A DNA stretch of 64,000 nucleotides, taken from NCBI GenBank assembly GCA_002104905.1, contig MCFE01000452.1, positions 8,930-72,929 on the forward strand, in the 5' to 3' direction. The stretch is from Basidiobolus meristosporus CBS 931.73. Lineage: Eukaryota > Fungi > Basidiobolomycota. Position 1 is the first letter of the stretch, and each line of letters starts with the position of its first letter. The position numbers and the translations under genes were made by a program. The notes beneath the pieces were generated by a model. It made no database searches, was not told where the DNA came from, and worked only from the letters and a program-made list of their open reading frames with translations. Positions 1 through 12,250 of this stretch are shown piece by piece.

Positions 1-3000
1 GAAATGTGTATCCTGTGGTGGATCTTCTGTCTTCCAAATATTGTCCCCAATCAGCATCAGAGTATCCCACAAGATCCTGTTCTGAATCCTTATAAGTGTA
101 TCTTAAGCAGATATCAGCAGTTCCTTTTAGGTATCTAAAAATCTGCCTAACTGCTGCAATATGATCAGATCCATAGTTCTGATTATGCTGGCTGACAACT
201 CCCACTGAATATGAGATATCTGGATGTGTTCCAAGCATGATATACATCAGACTGCTGACCATAGATTGATAAGGAAAGTCAGGGCTTTCAGATTGCACCA
301 AGCTCTCTTGATTTGGTTGTGTTTTGATCAAGTTAAGGTTTGTATCCATTGGGGTAGCTGCTGGTTTACAGTCTTCCATTTGGTACTTCTTTAGTATATC
401 TTGAATATACTTGGATTGGCTTAGGGTGATAGTCTGGGTACTTATGTCTATGGAGAACTTAATCCCTAAGTAGTAACTAAGTTCTCCTAGATTGGACATC
501 TTGAACTCCTTAGATAGGCTGGATTTAGTCTCTTCCAATGTTTCTAGGTTATTGGCATCTATAATAAGATCATCCACATATAGAGCTAATAGAACTGGAT
601 TTGCTCTATCTGGCTTATAGTATATACTATAGTCAGCATTACTTCTTTTGAAACTCAAAGATTTCAAATAAGAATCTATCTTGCAATTCCAGGCTCTTAG
701 TGATTGTTTGAGACAATAAAGTGACTGTTTAAGCTTGCAGACCAAATGGGGGTTATCTTGGTCAACAAACCCATCAGGCTGGTTCATATACATGTCCTCA
801 TCAAGTTCTCCATTCAAAAAATGCAGTTTTTACATCCATTTGATAAATAAAAAACTTATATTTGGCTGCAATAGCCTATATTAATCTGATGGAATCAAAG
901 TTGGCTACCAGTGCAAAGGTCTCAGTATAGTCAAGTCCTTTTGTTGGAGAGTATCCTTTGGCTACAAGTCTTGCGTTGTATCTTTCAATTGTACCATCAG
1001 CCTTGTATTTTCTCTTGAAGACCCATCCGCATCCAATTGATTTTTGGTTGATTGGTTATTTGACCAAGTTCCACGTTTGATTTTCCATTAGGGCCTGATA
1101 ATCCTCAGTCATTGCAGATCTCCAAAACTTCTGCTGAGGGCTATTTAGGGCCCCTTTTACAGTCTGGGGTTCATCAATATGGACTGAATAGGCATAGGCT
1201 AAGTTTGTACCCTCATTGATATAGTAATTTGGGCTATTTCTTGTCTGATTGGATCTCTGGGCATTTGATACTGGAATGATCACTTCTGGGATACTCCTGG
1301 GCACTGATTCTGGCTGAACCACAGTTGTAGAGTCCTCTGGAGTGAAAAAGATTTCATTGTTTTGCTCTGATTCAATCCTGACAATTGGTGGATTTGAGAT
1401 CAAATATTCTTCATCATCTGATGTCATTTTTTGAGAATATTTTGAATTTTCATCAAACAACACATCCCTGGACTTGATCAGCTTCTTTACTTTGGTATTA
1501 TGGAGTCTGTATGCCTTACTCTCATTGCAGTAGCCCAAAAATATGCATTTTAAACTTTTTGGCTCAAATTTTGACTGATTTCCGGCCAGTTTTTTGGCAT
1601 ATGCTGTACACCCAAATATTCTTAGATGTTCTGCACTTGGTCTGTATCCATATCATGCCTCAAATGGGGTAGATTCACAAAGTATTCTGTTATAACTCCT
1701 ATTTTTATGGTATACAGCAGTGGCAACTGATTCTGCCCAAAAATTATAGGATAATTTTTGATCATGGATCATAGATCTTGCCATATCAATTATTGATCTA
1801 TTAGCACATTCTGCTACTCCATTTTGCTGTGGGGAGTATGGTACAGTAGTCTCTTGCTTTATCCCATGAATTTTGCAGAAGTGGATGAAGAGTTTTGAGG
1901 TATATTCTCCACCATTGTCAGAGCGTATTTTCTTGATTTTTTCACCTATTTCTCTCTTCACCATTGCTTTAAGCTCCCTGAACTTAGACAGAGCTTCTTC
2001 CTTTCTCTCCATGACGTAGACCCATGTGTATCTTGTATAATCATCAATAAAGGTGATTAAATACTGCATCCCGCATAAGGATAAATTTTGAATAGGTCCA
2101 CACAGATCTGAGTGAATTAGATCTAATTTTTTCTTAGTTTTGATTAACCCTCAGCTTTTGAATGGTTGTTGGGCTTGCTTCCCATATATGCAGGCTTCAC
2201 AGTGCTCCAAATTAGCTGGGGGATCCATTTTCACTCCAGATATTAGCTGATCTTTGATCATTTTACGCAAATAATCAAAATTGATGTGTCCAAATCTACC
2301 GTGCTAAAGCATTGGTGTTTCTTCATTTAAGTTACTTATATTGGCTTCCAGATATGATGGAATATAAGTCAACTTGTATAGATTTTGATCTCTGATGCCC
2401 AAAGCAATATGGCCACCATTTTGATCAGTGATCCTGCATCCAGAATTGTCAAAACTGAAACTGAGTCCTTCTGCTGTGGCCTTGCTTACAGAGAGTAGGT
2501 TCTTGGCAATCTCTGGTACATAGAGTACTTCTTTAAAGGTCAGTGTATGGCTTCCATCACTGCTTCCAAGGTTTACTTGGATAGTTTCTTCTCCCACTGC
2601 ATTAAGTGTTCTATTGTCACCCATGAAAACCTTCCTAATTGGAATTTTTTGATGTTGCATAAAAAGTTCTTTTTGGTGTGTAAAGTGTTGAGACGCTCCC
2701 AAGTCAATATACCACATCTGAGAGTCCTTGTTTGCAGTCATATTTAGTGCAGATATGAATAGTCTATCTTCAGTTGCTGCAGCATTTCCATATGGAGGCT
2801 TATTTTTCTGATTATCTTTCTTTTTGAGACACTGGTCTGATGTGTGTCCTTTCCTTTTGCAGTAGTTGCAAAATAGGTTGCTGTTGCCTTTGTAGGGTCT
2901 TGGGTACCTCCTTTGTTGGTTATCATTGCTTATTAAAGCATTTTCTTCCTTCTTATTGGCGCTGGATTTTCTTAATTCTTCATCCAGGAGCCTTCCATAT

Positions 3001-3542
3001 ATGTAATTTAAGGTCAAATCTTCAGTTCTGGACTCTAAGGCTGATACAAGGCCCTGAAACATGTCTGTCAGGCTATTCAAGATGGTAACTATCACATTCT
3101 CATTAGAAGTTGGTACACCCACATATTCCATCTCATCTACCAGCAGGGTAATTCTGTTAATTAGATTTTTCATTTCTTCTCCTGGCAGCATCTTTGCAGT
3201 GAAGAATTTTTGTCTCAGATACATTTTCTTAGCAGCTGAACATGACTGGTAGGTGTCTTCTAATGCCTTCCAGGTATTCTTTGCCATTTTTGCTCTTGAG
3301 CATTGAATTAGCAATTTGTCTTTAACATTAAGGCAAATGCAGTTAAAGGCACTTTGTTCTTTCTTCTAGTACATTAAGGCCTCCTCTCCCACATTTTTAG
3401 GAGGGCATTCTTCTCCCATGACAATAGCCAAAAGGCCTCTTTCTTGTAGCAGCATCTTCATTTTCACCTTCCACACTTGGTAGTTAGATCCATCCAACTT
3501 TTCAGCAGAGGGAGATATTCCAGTAATAGCAGTAGTAGACAT
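1..3542 (-). pseudogene. copia gag-pol polyprotein, broken by stops and frameshifts
   Basis: ORF pieces 3366-3542, 2304-3314, 1653-2069 and 1056-1538 carry successive gag, PR, IN and RT motifs; ATG (MSTTAITG) at 3542. Confidence 0.9.
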
Positions 3543-3561
3543 TGCAGAGAGTGACAGCTTG

Positions 3562-3573
3562 GGGCTCATAGCC
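3562..3573 (-). promoter_or_regulatory. primer-binding site GGCTATGAGCCC (tRNAi-Met half type)
   Basis: Directly abuts the LTR end; 11/12 match to the complement of the initiator tRNA-Met anticodon arm. Confidence 0.85.
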
Positions 3574-3922
3574 TGTTGTAAGAGTCTTGGAGATATTGGA
3601 AGTGATTTGGAGAACAAGTAGATTATGTGGTTTTCACTTAATGACTTATTGAATGTAAAAGTAGTATTTATACTTTTACATGATCTTGGCATAACAGCCA
3701 CGTAGAATAGGTTAAGGAAGGTCCCAAAAACATGTGTGCAAAGTTTGGGGCTGTTTGGACAACTTTGAGAATTTTCATGTTCTGGGTACCTGGTATTTTG
3801 GTGAAAATATTCTGAGTAGATCCCAATAAGGAATTTGGTCAGTATTCTCTAGGATTTGAGGGTAATGATCTAAGTGACTAAGTCAGGTGAATATTTGGGT
3901 GGAATTACAAATTTTTACAACA
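3574..3922 (-). repeat. 5' LTR of copia family 1 (349 bp, TG...CA)
   Basis: TGTTGTAAG...TTACAACA; homologous to 10688-11035. Confidence 0.9.
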
Positions 3923-5366
3923 GCAAGAACTGCAGTTTTTTTTGTATGCCTCCCTGTCTCAGGCTTAGGTAGACATTTTTCCCTTTACCTTTTCCTTTAT
4001 CACTGCCAGGTCTTTCACTGCTACTTTGTCTGAGTGCTTCTTGTAAAGAACTACATTTTCTCCTGAATATATTCTGCTCTGATACATCTATTTTGGCCCG
4101 CTTGTTCCTTGCTAGTACTCTTCTGCCAACCTGACATTTCTTTTCAGCTTGTTTTGAACTCTCAACTGTAGTTGTTATGGGCTCCTGTAAAAGCAGCTAG
4201 TTTTTATCACTGCCAGGTCCTTCACTACTACTATGAATGGGTGCTTCTTGAGTGGTACTGCGCTTTTTCCTTGATAAATGTTGTGCTGATTCATCCATGT
4301 CTGCTTGCTTGTCCTTAATTGGCACTCTTCCAGCTGCCTGACATCTCTTTGACGCTTATCTGGAGCTTTTAGCCCTGCTTGAAATGGGCTCTTGAGGAAG
4401 CCGCTGGTTCTTAGCCATGGCACCCTTGTTCTTCTGCCTTTGATAGTTTCTGCCATTCTTAAGATACTTTCTTAGCATACCAATGCTGGCCCAAAATCTG
4501 TTTGCCTGTTTGAATCCAGGATAATGCTCATGGAACAGCTCAAGTGCATTCTGCTTTGCCTTGAGTTCCTGATGGTCCCATGGTATGCCAGCCTTAAGGT
4601 GATAGTGTGCTAGACTTCTGATGGCCTGTTGTATATTAGCCTACTCTTCATCATTGCACTCATCAGCTTTACAGATCATCAATGTCTTTTGATTTTTAGG
4701 CTTTGGTATAAACACCACATTGTCTCCCTCTCACGCTGTGATAGGTTTTTCTGTGGGCTTTATCTTTGGGCACTGTTGTTGTGCTTCAAAGACTATATGG
4801 TGTTCCTCTGCTGTTGTATTGGGAAATGGCTCAATTCTTGGCTGTGATATTGAGCTACATGAGTTCCTTCTTTGCAGCAAAGATACTGCTTTCTCTACCT
4901 GGGATATTGATTGCTCTACACATATTATCTGCTCATCCTATTTCTGGACTACTTCCTGACTTCTCTGGGCCATTGCATCTATCCTATCAGCCTCTGCACC
5001 TAATTGCTTCATTAATGCTTTGGTATGAGCTGACAACATACTTGCTGATATGGGTGGTGGTGATATTATCATGGCCACTTGCTGATCTTCAACTGAGGGT
5101 ACTGTGTTTGCTACATACTCATCTGCCTGAGCATAACAGTCAGCTTGTGGCTCTGCAGAGGTTCTCAATTGCCTACTTGACTGAGAGCCTGAGGAGTCCG
5201 CATTATTACCTTCAATGGGCACACTGTCCACAGGGCCTTTTTTGGATGTAGCCCTGCTCATTGCACTGAATATCAAAGCAAGCTGTTGTCCAACTGTTCT
5301 TCTGTTGCCATCAGTGGTGGGGTTTGGTTGAGAACCGGACAACTTTGCTTTATTTTTTGGCGGCAT
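3923..5366 (-). pseudogene. accessory ORF2 of the CACTA-type element (MPPKNKAKLSGSQPNP...), unknown function, decayed
   Basis: ATG ORF 4938-5366 continues through broken frames; homologous to 19084-21019 of copy B. Confidence 0.6.
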
Positions 5367-5588
5367 ATATATGGAAGTGAGTCAAACCAAAGGGGAAATA
5401 GTGTTACATATACATGTGTATGTGGTGCCACAACTTTATTTATAATGCTAACTATGGCAGGTTATCATTGAATCTTACATTCATGTAGGCGCAATGTCTC
5501 AAATATAAGACTGTCTTAAGTCTACATGAGAATTGACCTAAAAGTGATATAATAGCATTATGTTGTTGAAGGTCAAACTGTTTGCCCC

Positions 5589-8394
5589 ATGGACAAGACT
5601 ACTTTGACTCAACACTGTAAGAGAAGAGAAAAAAGACCATGTGGCTATTTTCACAAGCCTCTCAGCCATAATGCATGCAGACAGCATAGGAAGTATTACA
5701 AGGATCATGGCCAGTGTTTTGCCACCCAAGTCATATTTGACCATTCATTGGTCACTATTGTACCAACATTATCTTGCCGGCCAGTTAATACTTCAATATT
5801 GGCACCTGGCCATCTTTGTCACCTTGTGCAAATTGAGTCAGGTGAGCTTGTGATGCCTTTAGGCTCACCTCAGCCTTCTGAATATGGCATGCAGAGTGAT
5901 AGCTCTGACAAAGAAGGTTCACCAATGGATTTTTGAGCCTATCTCCCCTAACAACAGTACCATGTATGAGCCCAGTTAAATCCCTATATGCAATGAGACA
6001 AAACCCATTGAAACAAATGGCAAGGATATTTTATGGAGCCAAGTGAGCCCAGTAATCCATTTACTGGTGAATGATGTAATGTTGTTGCTAGAAAAGTGGT
6101 GTGTTTCCACTGGTATCAGTAATGGGGGCTTTGAGGATTTATTACTACTTCTTGCCAAAATCATACCAGGATGCAACTTACCATATACATGGTACAAGTG
6201 GACAACCATCAAGCAGCTGGCTACATATGATCCAGAGACTGTCCTGATTGCAGCAAGTGTTAACAGTTGCATGGCATTCACATCCAAAAGTGCTACCATT
6301 GCAACATGTCCAAATTGTCAGGAATCCACCTCCATTGAGGGAAAACATTGTTCACACTATGTATATATTCCGGTCATACCCCATCTGAGGAAGCTGATGC
6401 AGTCCAACAAATATTGCAAAGCTGTACAGTACTGCACTCAGTATAAAGTAAGCGCAAACATATCCAATATATTTGATGGCAAACATTACAAACAGCTAAG
6501 AAGCAAGGGCTACTTTGAAGGTATGTATGACCATGCCTTTGCTTTAGTACTTGATGGATTCTCATTAAACAAGTACTCTACCAGCAAATCCTGCAGGCCA
6601 CTGATTCTCATCTATCTGAATTGGCCGCCCGTCTTACGGTATCAGAACAATAATCTGATGGTAGTCTCACTGGTATCTGGGCCTAGATCACTGTCCAACC
6701 TGGATAGCTATCTGTATCCATTGCTGGATAAATTTTGAATGCTTTCCAGCAGGATATTGGTAAATGGCCATCATGTAGAAGCACATATTATCATCTGCAT
6801 TAGAGATACCCCAGCCATCAGCAAGATGGCAGGTTTTTCTGGGCACAATGGATGGTATTGCTGTCAAATGTGTGAGATCCAGGGTATTTACTCCATAACT
6901 CACACACATTATTATTACCCAGACACCGGCACTAAGAACATCATCTTTCCACAGGGAGAACATACAGAAGTAAGCAATCAATTGCAGCAAAGTTGGCAAG
7001 CTATAAGCCATTGGCTGGAATATGGAATCAATTGAAAACCGGAGATACTTAAGATAGACGGTATCTGTTGGAGCAAAAACTTTCCACTGGGAGCAATCCA
7101 TTTGCTTTTCAACAATATCCCTATACTGATGACCAAGTTGTATATGGGGCATTTCAAGCTAAATGAGCCCTTCAAGATACCGGAGAAATTTGAAAGAATT
7201 GGCAAGATATTACAGAGTATCCGCTACCCTAAGTACTTCTCACAGGCTCCAATCAACATTCATATGCATATGCAACAATGCAAATGCAAAGACTGGATGA
7301 ACTGATATGTATTTATTCAAGTGGTGTTCTGAAGCCATTCCTACCAAGAGTACATTGAAAGCATTGGGAGTCATATGTGAAGAATGTAGGAATATTTATC
7401 CCAAAGCGGACCACCAATGCCAATTTGACGCATCTACAGCTGTTGTGTGAGGAGTTTGTGACAGGATTTGAGCGGCAATACTACAAACATAAAGCTGAAT
7501 GTGTAGATCTCTGCCACTACTGTATCCATTCTCTACTCCATCTTGCACAGCGTGTGGAGAGTATTGGGCCTTGCTTCACCTTTTGGGAGTTTTTTATGGA
7601 GGAGGTGTGTGGGAAGATAGGAAGACAAGTCAAGTTGCAGGTACTACCATATCCCAATCTCATCAAGAATAATACCTTCAAGTCTGTCATGGATGTGATG
7701 AGTTGGCACATGGAGTACAGCCTGAAAGAGTTGGAAAATACTGAAGACAAATGTGCATGCGGAGAGACCTATGCCTATAGCATTAAGAAGCTAAGCAGCC
7801 CCAATGCATGGGTAATCAGTTAAGTAATGCAAAGTTGGGTTGGGTGCAACAAGCCACTAATTTTTATCAGGAAAACTCCACCAAGATATGCTGGATTTCT
7901 TGTGGTCACAAGCCAACTTCTACACCATTCAATACATGATTCACACAAACAAAAGCCAGAGCACACCTATAAGGGGGACTAGAAGCCAGCAGGGAGAAGG
8001 AATATATTGGCTAAATACTACAAAGTTCTTTGTCAATATTCAGGAGGTATTCATGGCAGAAGTGGCAACAACCAAGCATATGTTTGCAAGATGTATATGC
8101 TACCTGCAGTACAAGGTATATGGCAACTTTGCAAGTATCACACTGAAAGCCACAAAGTTGAGGTAATAGAAGTATGTCAATTGAGGCAGGTGTGCACGTT
8201 TGTAGAGGTTACTAAGCAGGGGGCCATAGTCTTTTTTGATTCAAACTATATGTGGAATACCCAAGGTAGCAGTGGGTAAGCAAATAAAGAGGGGTGATTC
8301 TACAGTGGAATATATGAGTTGCACAAGGGGAGGTAGAATAAGGAAATGCCATTTGGTAAATTGGTACGGTAGCATTATACAGAACCAGCGGTAG
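5589..8394 (+). pseudogene. CACTA/EnSpm (Tnp2/Transposase_21-like) transposase, decayed
   Basis: N-terminal Cys/His motif (PCGYFHKPLSHNACRQH), CPNCQE, LVLDGF...RPLILIYLNWPP..R....LMVVSLVSGP, GHNGWYCCQMC, HLLFNNIP and FWEFFMEEVCGKI match the motif order of fungal CACTA transposases; many stops. Confidence 0.8.
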
Positions 8395-8757
8395 GCCATC
8401 ATACAGCCAAAAAAATGACATCAAAGTGTTGCTGTGAGGCTGTCAAAATACTGTCAAGCTTCTTGCCATATAAGGCAATTAGAAGTCCTGACCAACTGGA
8501 TCCACTTAAAATAGTAATAGAGTGCTGAAAGACCGCAACAATACCATATGAATATTGTCACAGCACCAATCCAAAATCATCAAGTTTTATCCCTTTATTT
8601 GGCTGTAAAACTTGAAAAACACCGTCATGATCTTGTTATAAGATTGTCAGGAGGGTCACTAATTCCAAGCTGCTGTTATTATGACAGTCTCTAAACAGAC
8701 TCTTGACAGATGATATGGATTGGATCCACCTGTGGGACCAAGTTATTTTTCATAAGG

Positions 8758-9250
8758 AGCACTTCACTGCTACTGCAACCAAGTGCTTCTTGCATTGTAC
8801 TTTGCTTTCTACTTGAAGAATGCTGAGCTGGTGAATCCTTTTTTGCCTGCTTGTCCCTTGCCAGCACTCTGTTAGCAACCAGACATTTCTTTGCTGCTTG
8901 TATGAAACTTTCAGCCCTCCTTCTGATGGGCTCCTGAGAAAGTTATAGGCTTTTATAACTGTCAAGTCCTTTACTGCTAAAATGTCTGAAAGCTACCTGT
9001 ATTGAAATATGTTTTCTCCTTCACAAATGCTGCACTGATGCATCTGTTTCTGCCTGCCTGTGCATAACTGCACTCCTATGGCAACATGACAGTTCTATGC
9101 CACTTTTTGGAACTTTCAGTGCTGCTTGTGATGAGCTCCTGAGGAAGACACTGTTTTTTAGCCATGGCACCCTTGTTCTTCTACTGCAAGACCTCTTTTA
9201 TGCACATTGCATTCTCCAGATACTTTTGCATTTCAACTCTCACAAATAAC
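8758..9250 (+). mobile_element. older fragment of the same CACTA-type family (ORF2 repeat region)
   Basis: Diverged copy of ~4010-4470 in the same orientation. Confidence 0.55.
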
Positions 9251-9344
9251 AGCGCCTTCATTTTACAAGGTAAACTGTGTCAGGATTATTTGAATTCAAG
9301 CTGGTTTGGACTAGTGTTGGATAGTGGCACCCACCTTTGATAAG

Positions 9345-9426
9345 GACAATATGGCCAAGTGGTTAAGGCATATGACTAGAACTCATATGGGCTCTGCCCG
9401 CGCAGGTTCATATACTGCTTTTGTTG
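9345..9426 (+). tRNA. tRNA-Ser(AGA), probably a pseudogene
   Basis: 82-nt cloverleaf with long variable arm, anticodon loop CT-AGA-AC; T-loop degraded (GGTTCATATAC); CG-to-TG/CA changes relative to canonical tRNA-Ser. Confidence 0.85.
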
Positions 9427-9431
9427 AATTT

Positions 9432-9505
9432 GCTTGCATAGCTCAGTTGGTTAGAGCATGGTGCTAATAATGCCAAGGTTGCAGGTTCAACCCCTGCTGT
9501 GAGCA
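9432..9505 (+). tRNA. tRNA-Ile(AAT), CpG-decayed
   Basis: TAGCTCAGTTGGTTAGAGC A-box, GGTTCAACCCC B-box, anticodon loop CT-AAT-AA; begins 5 nt after tRNA-Ser. Confidence 0.9.
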
Positions 9506-9508
9506 TTA

Positions 9509-9514
9509 TTTTTT
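9509..9514 (+). terminator. RNA polymerase III terminator (T6) after the Ser-Ile pair
   Basis: T6 run 4 nt after tRNA-Ile; no T4+ run in the Ser-Ile spacer. Confidence 0.55.
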
Positions 9515-9827
9515 ATCCAGGCTGGCAGTCTTCATACTTCTACAAGAAAATGGTAGCAATTACATGCATTGCAAAGGGTGCACTGCATCCACCTTCCCCC
9601 TAATCAATGTTATAGTCAGTTCACACACCTACCTTATTTTGATGTTCTACAGGCGCATCTGATTTTGAATTTATGCTTTGCTGGTATTGTGCACTACCTA
9701 TATTTTTTAACAGAATGAGTTGGCTACCTTGAACTCACAGTGTGGAGATGGGAATGATATGTAAGTCTGAACAATAACAGAAGACTGCATTGTATCTAAA
9801 ATTGAATTCTACAAGTATAATGTATCA

Positions 9828-9899
9828 TCTCAGATAGTATAGTGGTAAGTATCCCCACCTGTTGTGCAGGAGACCTGGGTTCAATTCCCGGTCTGAGAG
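9828..9899 (+). tRNA. tRNA-Asp pseudogene (Asp body; anticodon now GTT instead of GTC)
   Basis: TAGTATAGTGGTAAGTATCCCC...GAGACC.GGGTTCAATTCCC matches the eukaryotic tRNA-Asp body; G73; two mismatches in the anticodon stem. Confidence 0.85.
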
Positions 9900-10135
9900 T
9901 TTTGTTTTAAGTGTCTGGGGTACATCAAAATTATGCTTTGACTGTTCTTGAGTTTGTGTACTCAACAGTACGCACTAAATATGACATGATGCTAAGATAA
10001 AAAAAACTCTTACAAAATGGACCGTAGCTTGTATCTATACAGGTTGTTATTTTTATAGAACTACTAGTGTGGTTGATTGATATGGATGTAAAGAGCTACT
10101 TTGATTAAACCAGTACTGGTTTTTCTAGCAACAAC

Positions 10136-10208
10136 GTGCATATGGCCAAATGGATAAGGTGCCTGACTACAGATCAGGAGATTCCAGGTTCAATCCCTGG
10201 CGTGCTTG
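10136..10208 (+). tRNA. tRNA-Arg pseudogene (Arg-ACG body; anticodon now ACA)
   Basis: CTGACTAC(A)GATCAG.AGATTCCAGGTTC is the Arg-ACG signature; acceptor stem has mismatches. Confidence 0.85.
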
Positions 10209-10422
10209 AAGTTATCTTTTGTCATCAGCGTGTACAGATAAATGCTAAGCATATTTACCTCTTCCTAAGCAATTCAATAAATCCTATGGATTGATGATTT
10301 TTCTGCCCAAGAATAGTATGTAGTACAAATATATTCTTCCATATATTGTCCAATTTATTTTCTACAACATTACTTGCTCAGCAATGTAATCATAATCTAA
10401 GCCTTGGTTTTACAGACGTAAA

Positions 10423-10493
10423 GCATACTTGGTTTAGTGGTATAATTACCACCTGCCACGCGGTAGACCAGGGTTTGATTCCCCAAGTATGCA
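10423..10493 (+). tRNA. tRNA-Gly(GCC), CpG-decayed
   Basis: Acceptor GCATACT/AGTATGC, loop CT-GCC-AC; T-loop GGTTTGATT, from GGTTCGATT. Confidence 0.9.
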
Positions 10494-10687
10494 GTTTATA
10501 CTTTTCCACTATGGTACCTTTTTGCATAACTGTATTCCTCAAATGGTTTGTTTTCCAGAACTTAATAGCTTACCAATATGCATGTCCACTATACATTATG
10601 TTGGGTCACTACACTATTGGAAAAATGGAAAGATGGATAGTCCCATAGCATGCAATACTTACAATGATGCTGTGCTACACTTCCAAG

Positions 10688-12250
10688 TGTTGTAAGAGTC
10701 TTGGAGATATTGGAAGTGATTTGGAGGATAAGTAGATTATGTGGTTTTCCCTTAATGATGTATTAAATGTAAAAGTAATGTTTATACTTTTACATAGTCT
10801 TGGCCTTACAAGCACATAGAACAGATTAAGAAAGGTCCCAAGAACATGTGTGCAAAATTTGGGGCTGTTTGGAAAACTTTGAAAATTCTCATGTTCTTGG
10901 TACCTGGTATTTAGGTGAAAATATTCTAAGTAAATCCCAACAAGGAATTTGGTCAGTATTCTCTAGGATATGCAGGTAATGATTTAAGTGACTAAGTTAG
11001 GTGAATATCAAGGTGGAAATACAAATCTTACAACACTCCCACCAGCTAAATGCTCATACTGACTAGTCCTAATTTTGACCTAAGATGTTCCAACTTGTCT
11101 CTAGCTAATGGTATGTTAAATATGTTAGCAATCATTTCATCTGCAGGACAGTAAACTAAGCTTACTAAGTTATTCTCTATAGCTTTACATATGAAATGAT
11201 GTTGAATATCTATGTGCATAGTTCCAGCATGAAAAGTGGGACTTCTACTTAGTTGTATACTTCCTTGATTATCTTGAAATAAAGTAATAGGCGCTTTTTA
11301 CATAGGCCTAAATCTCTAAAAAGCTTTCTTAGCCATATTGCTTTGTTTGTAGTTTCACAGGCTGCCATATACTTGGGCTCTGTGGTAAAAAGTGCTACGG
11401 TTTGTTGCTCCCCTGAATTCCATGAGATTGCTCCATACAGTAAAGAAAGGTGCATCCTGTGGTGGATCTTCTATCTTCCAGATTTTGTCCACAATCAGCA
11501 TCAGAGTATCCCACAAGATCCTGTTCTGAATCCTGATAAGTGTATCTTAAGCAGATATCAGCAGTTCCTTTTAGGTATCAAAAAATCCGCTTAACTGCTG
11601 CAATATGAACAGATCCATAGTTCTATTATGTTGGCTGACAACTCCCAATGAATATGAAATTTCTGAATGTGTTCCAAGCATAATATACATCAAGCTGCCA
11701 ACCATGGATTGATAAAGAAAGTCAGGGCTTTCAGATGGCACCAAGCTATCTTGATTTGGTTGAGTTTTGACCAAATTAAGGTTGTCTCCATTGGGGTAGC
11801 TGCCGGTTAACAGTCTTCCATTTGGTGCTTCTTTAGTATATCCTGAATACACTTGGATTAGCTTAGGGTAATAGTCTGGGCACTTCTGTCTGTGGAGAAC
11901 TCAATCCCTAAGTAGTAACTGAGTTCTCCTTGATCAGACATCTTGAACTCCTTAGATAGGCTGGATTAAGTCTCTTCCAATGTTTCTAAGTTATTGGTAA
12001 CTATAATAAGATCATCCACATACAGAGCTAATAGAGCTGGATTTGCTCTATCTGGCTTATAGTATATACTATAGTCAGCATTACTCCTTTGAAACTCAAA
12101 GATTCCAAGTAAGAATCTATCTTGCAGTTGCAGGCTCTTGGTGATTGTTTGAGACCATGTGGTGACTTTTTAAGCTTGCAGACCAAATAGGGGCTATCTT
12201 GGCCAACAAACCCATGAGGCTGGTCCATATACATATCCTCATCAAGTTCT
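10688..12250 (-). mobile_element. copia family 1 fragment: 3' LTR (10688-11035), PPT and decayed RT/RNase H
   Basis: LTR homologous to 3574-3922, followed by CTCCC (PPT on minus strand); 11445-12250 is homologous to 1-820. Confidence 0.9.

Larger units (their letters stand above)
1..3922 (-). mobile_element. Ty1/copia LTR retrotransposon, family 1; 5' LTR through RT present, runs off the window edge; decayed
   Basis: Minus-strand gag (KLDGSNYQVWKVKM), zinc knuckle CNYCKRKGHTSDQC, protease WYID(L)GASQH, integrase (FIDDYTRYTWVY, RSDNGGEY, PQQNGVAE) and RT in copia order; LTR and PBS at the right end. Confidence 0.95.
3923..8757 (+). mobile_element. CACTA/EnSpm-type DNA transposon, copy A (left part cut off by the copia insertion)
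   Basis: Colinear with the reverse complement of complete copy B (14622-21473); ends in TTATTTTTCATAAGG, a decayed terminal inverted repeat. Confidence 0.85.

Noticed and set aside
9828-10208. Calling the genes tRNA-Asn(GTT) and tRNA-Cys(ACA) from their anticodons
   Set aside because: The bodies match Asp and Arg-ACG, and each anticodon is one CpG transition from the expected one.
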